Shown: positions 63,112-64,000 of the stretch, piece by piece
Numbering within the stretch: position 1 is the first letter of the stretch
How the letters are laid out: the number at the start of each line of letters is the position of its first letter
Origin: Candidatus Kaiserbacteria bacterium
GTDB taxonomy: Bacteria > Patescibacteriota > Minisyncoccia > Phycocordibacterales > UBA2100
Direction: 5' to 3'
Assembly (NCBI GenBank): GCA_016432285.1
Contig: CP066682.1
Location: 188,273 to 252,272, forward strand
DNA: 64,000 nt
Position numbers and translations under genes: made by a program
The notes under the pieces: model-generated
Databases searched by the model: none
Told to the model about the DNA's origin: nothing
What the model saw: only the letters and a program-made list of their open reading frames with translations

Positions 63112-63447
63112 ATGCATACCGCTCTCCGCTACCTCGGGACTGTCGCCGCGGTGTACCTCACGATCAATCTCGTACCCGGGATCACGGTGACGGGCGGCTG
63201 GATCACCATCCTCTTCGTCGCCCTCGCGTGGTCGGTCATCGTTATGGTCATCAAGCCCGTCCTCTCGATCCTCACGCTCCCGATCACGATCATCACCTTC
63301 GGGCTCTTTTCGCTCGTCTTGAATGCGCTCCTCTTTTACGCCATGACGTACGTCGTCCCGGGCTTTTTTGTCGCCGGGTTCGTGCCCGCACTCCTCGGAG
63401 CGATCGTACTCTCGATCATCTCCTGGCTCGTGCACCAGCTCCTCTAA
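63112..63447 (+). CDS. phage holin family / YvlD-like membrane protein
   Basis: IKPVLSILTLPITIITFGLFSLVLNALL, 4 TMs. Confidence 0.85.
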   Translation: MHTALRYLGTVAAVYLTINLVPGITVTGGWITILFVALAWSVIVMVIKPVLSILTLPITIITFGLFSLVLNALLFYAMTYVVPGFFVAGFVPALLGAIVLSIISWLVHQLL

Positions 63448-63492
63448 AAAAATCCCCGCGTGAGGCGGGTGAGCAAACGATGAAGCGGCGCG

Positions 63493-64000
63493 CTAGTTGA
63501 CCTCGATGTCGATGTGCCGGATCTGCGGAAAAGCTGCGCGGATCCTGGCCTCAAGGTCGTCGATTTTTTTGCCGATGAGGCGCGGGATGCGGTCGGCGTA
63601 ATCGGCGGAAAACTTTTTGAATGCCTCGAAGTCGTTCTGGATCTCTTCGAACTGCCGCTTGATGCCGCGGCCGCGGTGCGAGGTCCGGAGGAATGCGGCG
63701 CCGTTAAATTCGACTTCGCACTTGATCCGGTATTTGCCGAAGCCGACGGTCGAGGACTTGAAATCGAGCACGCGCTCGATCGCGGGGTCGGACTGGAGGA
63801 GCGCGATGATTTCCTCGCGCACCTCTTCGGGAAGCGCGGCACCGATGAGGTAGGAGCGGTTGCGCATGATGAGCGTGATCGCGACGACCGCGAGCATCGT
63901 TCCGATCACGATCGAGCCGAGGGCATCCCACAGCCCATCGCCGGTGAGGAAGGTGAGTGTGAGCGATCCCGCGGCGATCAGCACGCCGATCACCGCGACC
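63493..64000 (-). CDS. cation diffusion facilitator family transporter, C-terminal part (truncated by window edge)
   Basis: WDALGSIVIG, cytoplasmic domain ...IDDLEARIRAAFPQIRHIDIE. Confidence 0.8.
   Translation of the reverse strand, partial: VAVIGVLIAAGSLTLTFLTGDGLWDALGSIVIGTMLAVVAITLIMRNRSYLIGAALPEEVREEIIALLQSDPAIERVLDFKSSTVGFGKYRIKCEVEFNGAAFLRTSHRGRGIKRQFEEIQNDFEAFKKFSADYADRIPRLIGKKIDDLEARIRAAFPQIRHIDIEVN

Noticed and set aside
63112-63447. Holin as evidence of a prophage
   Set aside because: This 4-TM family is commonly chromosomal and no lysin or phage genes are adjacent

Overview
Bacterial chromosomal window, GC-rich, almost certainly from a Patescibacteria/CPR (Parcubacteria-like) genome. 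This is inferred from the missing rpmD (L30) in the spc operon, pervasive leaderless-type promoters, short palindromic intergenic repeats and many Cys-rich surface proteins. Core content: tuf, rpsJ, the S10/spc ribosomal protein block (rplC to rplO), secY, gmk, adk, map, purD, a VirD4/HerA-like ATPase, ndk, infC-rpmI-rplT, thrC, lexA plus a Y-family polymerase, tmRNA-smpB, ftsH, pyrC/pyrB, malic enzyme, a rare tRNA-Ile(UAU) and recG. A ~16 kb accessory island splits rpsJ from rplC. The most striking signal is a two-gene module present three times (10283-11741, 17141-18595, 49292-50771). Each copy pairs a small membrane-targeted peptide carrying a conserved AYADAPY motif and a GW...Gly/Asp-rich tail with a divergent but homologous ~390 aa membrane-anchored helical protein. 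The island around two of these modules also encodes a vitamin K-dependent carboxylase-like (HTTM) protein, two PP-loop/AsnB-like enzymes, Cys-rich secreted peptides, a PRTase-beta-propeller fusion and a sodium:solute symporter, which suggests an undescribed peptide maturation, signalling or antagonism system. No rRNA, CRISPR array or integrase was seen. All family assignments come from motif recognition by eye, not database searches.
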